A DNA stretch of 61,556 nucleotides, filler included, from Hausera hauseri (Eukaryota): NCBI GenBank assembly GCA_046269625.1. It is 11 parts of 11 records of this genome, joined end to end, with 100 filler letters (N's around TTAATTAATTAA, not from the genome) between each part and the next. Parts side by side here need not be neighbours in the genome. Positions count along the whole stretch, not along the records: positions 55,981 to 61,556 come from JBJURY010227296.1; 10 more parts are not named here. One strand, written 5' to 3'. How positions within the stretch are numbered: position 1 is the first letter of the stretch; each line of letters begins with the position of its first letter. Both the position numbers and the translations under genes were made by a program. This document shows, in pieces, positions 59,296 to 61,556 of the stretch. The notes beneath the pieces were generated by a model, which ran no database searches, was not told the origin of the DNA, and was given only the letters and a program-made list of their open reading frames with translations.

Positions 59296-60489
59296 ATTGA
59301 TTAAAATTTTAAATTAACGATTATTTTTTGTACTCTGCAACGATTAACATGAAACTTTAAAACAATAAACTCTTGTATAAAAAATATCACCATATTGATT
59401 GTTTAGTCTTTATGTCAACAGCCTCTTGTTTATCTTTAGACATTAGACTTCCATTGGAAATTTCGTCAATTTTTTTCGTAGAAATAGCCTCTGGATGAAT
59501 ATTTACTCTACCGGCTGAGCTTATACACGTGTTTGATGATTCATTATATAATTTTCTGCAATCCAATATTGTTAACCTATCCATATCTACTATAGAGCAA
59601 AATATATCTTTACATGAATCAGATACATCGATTGTAATAATCTCAGAGCAATAAAATCACATTCTCTAAACGTGTCCAATTATTATCATGAGTAAATTGA
59701 GAAAATCCGCTGTTCCTTTTATTTTTTTGAAATACGTAATATGACGCGATAATAGCAGTAAAACTGAAACGGCTGACAAGTTCAAGTATCCGCATATTCA
59801 GTAGAATGTCAACAAAATCAACATACATTTCATTTAATCCTTTGAAATGTAGAAAATAACAACGCTTCACATGAAGATAAACAAAAAGGGGTATCGAAAC
59901 AGATTCAACATTGTTTATTATGACAGTATAGAAGACCAATTTACTGTGGGACCGTATAAAAAATCTGATGATAGACTGAAAATCATTCGTTCGAGGTTAA
60001 CGCTATTGATAATAGTCATAACACCGAAACAAACAAGTAACGTAAAAAATGTTTGATAATGCGAATGTTGCTAAAATTACTGAACGTCTGAATGGTAAAT
60101 TTGATCGTAGCGTTGTAGAAATTTCAAAGTAATGATTTTGGTCTGTGGAATTGCGTTCCATTGTTTGATCAAATGATTTGGAATTGTTGTCGACTTTCGG
60201 TGAATGAATCAACTGCTGTTTCAGACCGGTTTATTGGTAAATCGATTTGTCGGCTGTAGCTTTCGAACATTTCAGTTAAGTTAAAACTCGTTTGGTTTAT
60301 CTTTCGGTCTGGATAAATTTAATCGATGTTTGCTTAAAACACTGTTGCTTTTTTCAATTCCCGACTGAAGTAGATTTTCTAAGGAATATTCGATTACAGA
60401 AATACCAATTGTTATACTGGTTTAAGCTAAACTGTACTAAACTGCTGGTTGCAGCTCCCGAGTCCGTGGCACCACACTGATGATTATAT

Positions 60490-60945
60490 TAAACGTTGTC
60501 TTCGCAAGGGACTTTGGCTGTCGTTTGTGCAATCGAAATTTCTCTGCAACGTTCCGGAAAGGTCCATATTCTAGGAACAATACGAAACATACAAACGTAA
60601 CATTTACGAATATCAGACATTGGAAGGTGTCGATGCCGAGATCGAACCGTTGACGACCGAAATATTTGTTAATTATCTGCTAGCACAACACTATAATCAT
60701 ATGGGCTGAGTTTCGGATGCCTTAGAGCTCGTTAAAAACCAGCTGTATTACACACCGACTCTGATTGACTTCTATGCACTGAAAGGTCGTATTTAGTACG
60801 ATGCTGGGAATTGCTATTTGGCCAGTAAGCGTTTGGACGATCCTAAATCAATGGACACAGCGGACCGATACATTAATTGTCTCTGCACCAAATACATGAG
60901 TGAGTCCGGTCGATTTAAAGACGCTGAAGACATGACCGCATATTT
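60490..60945 (+). pseudogene. NAA15: NAA15/NAA16 (NatA auxiliary subunit) fragment
   Basis: EPLTTEIFVNYLLAQHYNHMG*..TPTLIDFYALKGRI*YDAGN..SMDTADRYINCLCTKYM. Confidence 0.85.
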
Positions 60946-61136
60946 GAGGGGAGATTTGGTCACCCTGCAATTTGGGGCCCCCTCCGCCGGGGAGGAGGTC
61001 CCGACCGTCAACCCTGCGCCGGTCGGTCGGACGGCGCCGCTCACGTCGGCCCCACACCATGCCCCCAGGCGCAATACTTCTTCCCCCTCTATTTTCCTTT
61101 TCCTAAATAATAAACATACACACTCAGTACATCACA
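60946..61136 (+). mobile_element. PPT plus short GC-rich LTR truncating the NAA15 fragment
   Basis: GAGGGGAGA, then (T)TGGTCACCC..AATAAA..ACATCACA. Confidence 0.55.
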
Positions 61137-61141
61137 TTTAC

Positions 61142-61556
61142 AGTAGTGAGAAAATGGCGGTTTTGCCCCACCCCGGGAGGGATAATCGATAAATCGATTT
61201 TGTACATGTGCCGATCGATTGTGTACCCGGAGCACTATCGACCTAAAAAGTGTCTAGCAACGGTGCCGCTAGGCACCGTTGTTAAGGGCACTTTTACACT
61301 TTTCACAAATCGCGAACTGCACAGTGCATTATTGATCGAATCGGTCGGGACAAAGCGCCAATCGATAGAGCACATCGAGGTGCATCGATTGGTGCACAGT
61401 GCAAGTGGGCAAAAATCAATAATATTGGATTTTTGAAAAATCAAAAATCGATAATTATGGATCGAGACCGGGTGCAATCGCTAGTGCACTTGATGTTGTA
61501 TGTGAATGTGCAGTTAGAATTTAAATCGATTGATTGGTTTTCGAATAATTCGCAAG
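61142..61556 (+). mobile_element. Polinton family A terminus
   Basis: AGTAGTGAGAAAATGGCGGTTTTGCCCCACCCCGGG and the conserved hairpin GCAACGGTGCC-GCTA-GGCACCGTTG. Confidence 0.8.

Noticed and set aside
1231-60945. Alternative genetic code (stop reassignment) explaining the in-frame stops
   Set aside because: TAA, TAG and TGA all occur, at positions of different conserved residues, and alongside frameshifts. This fits decay, not recoding.

Overview
The window is not one locus. It is 11 contigs joined by artificial 100-nt linkers (N44-TTAATTAATTAA-N44). Most contigs come from an AT-rich animal genome (a flatworm-like invertebrate is my inference) and are a graveyard of nested mobile elements. 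These include Polinton/Maverick ends (AGT-type termini) with protein-primed PolB genes, Ty3/gypsy elements (partly CsRN1-like), BEL/Pao elements and a LINE RNase H remnant. Intronless host genes or pseudogenes are interspersed: ASH1-like SET methyltransferase, BIG/ARFGEF Sec7 GEF, TEP1 TROVE, NAA15, and an LRR-CSDE1-dynein chimera. One contig (14646-20003) looks kinetoplastid and carries tandem BPI/TULIP-PqiA(LetA)-like membrane proteins. One contig tip is bacterial and chimeric. The most striking signal is that three unrelated LTR-type retroelements each carry a ubiquitin-like domain in the Gag reading frame, two of them ending in a di-Gly directly before Gag. Other highlights are CCCH fingers in place of the CCHC knuckles in the BEL Gag, an integrase-less gypsy Pol with a ~1000-aa unknown tail, a TRAF/MATH gene inside a Polinton end, and a conserved intron right after the ATG of the Polinton PolB genes. 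All homology calls are by-eye motif recognition; no searches were run.
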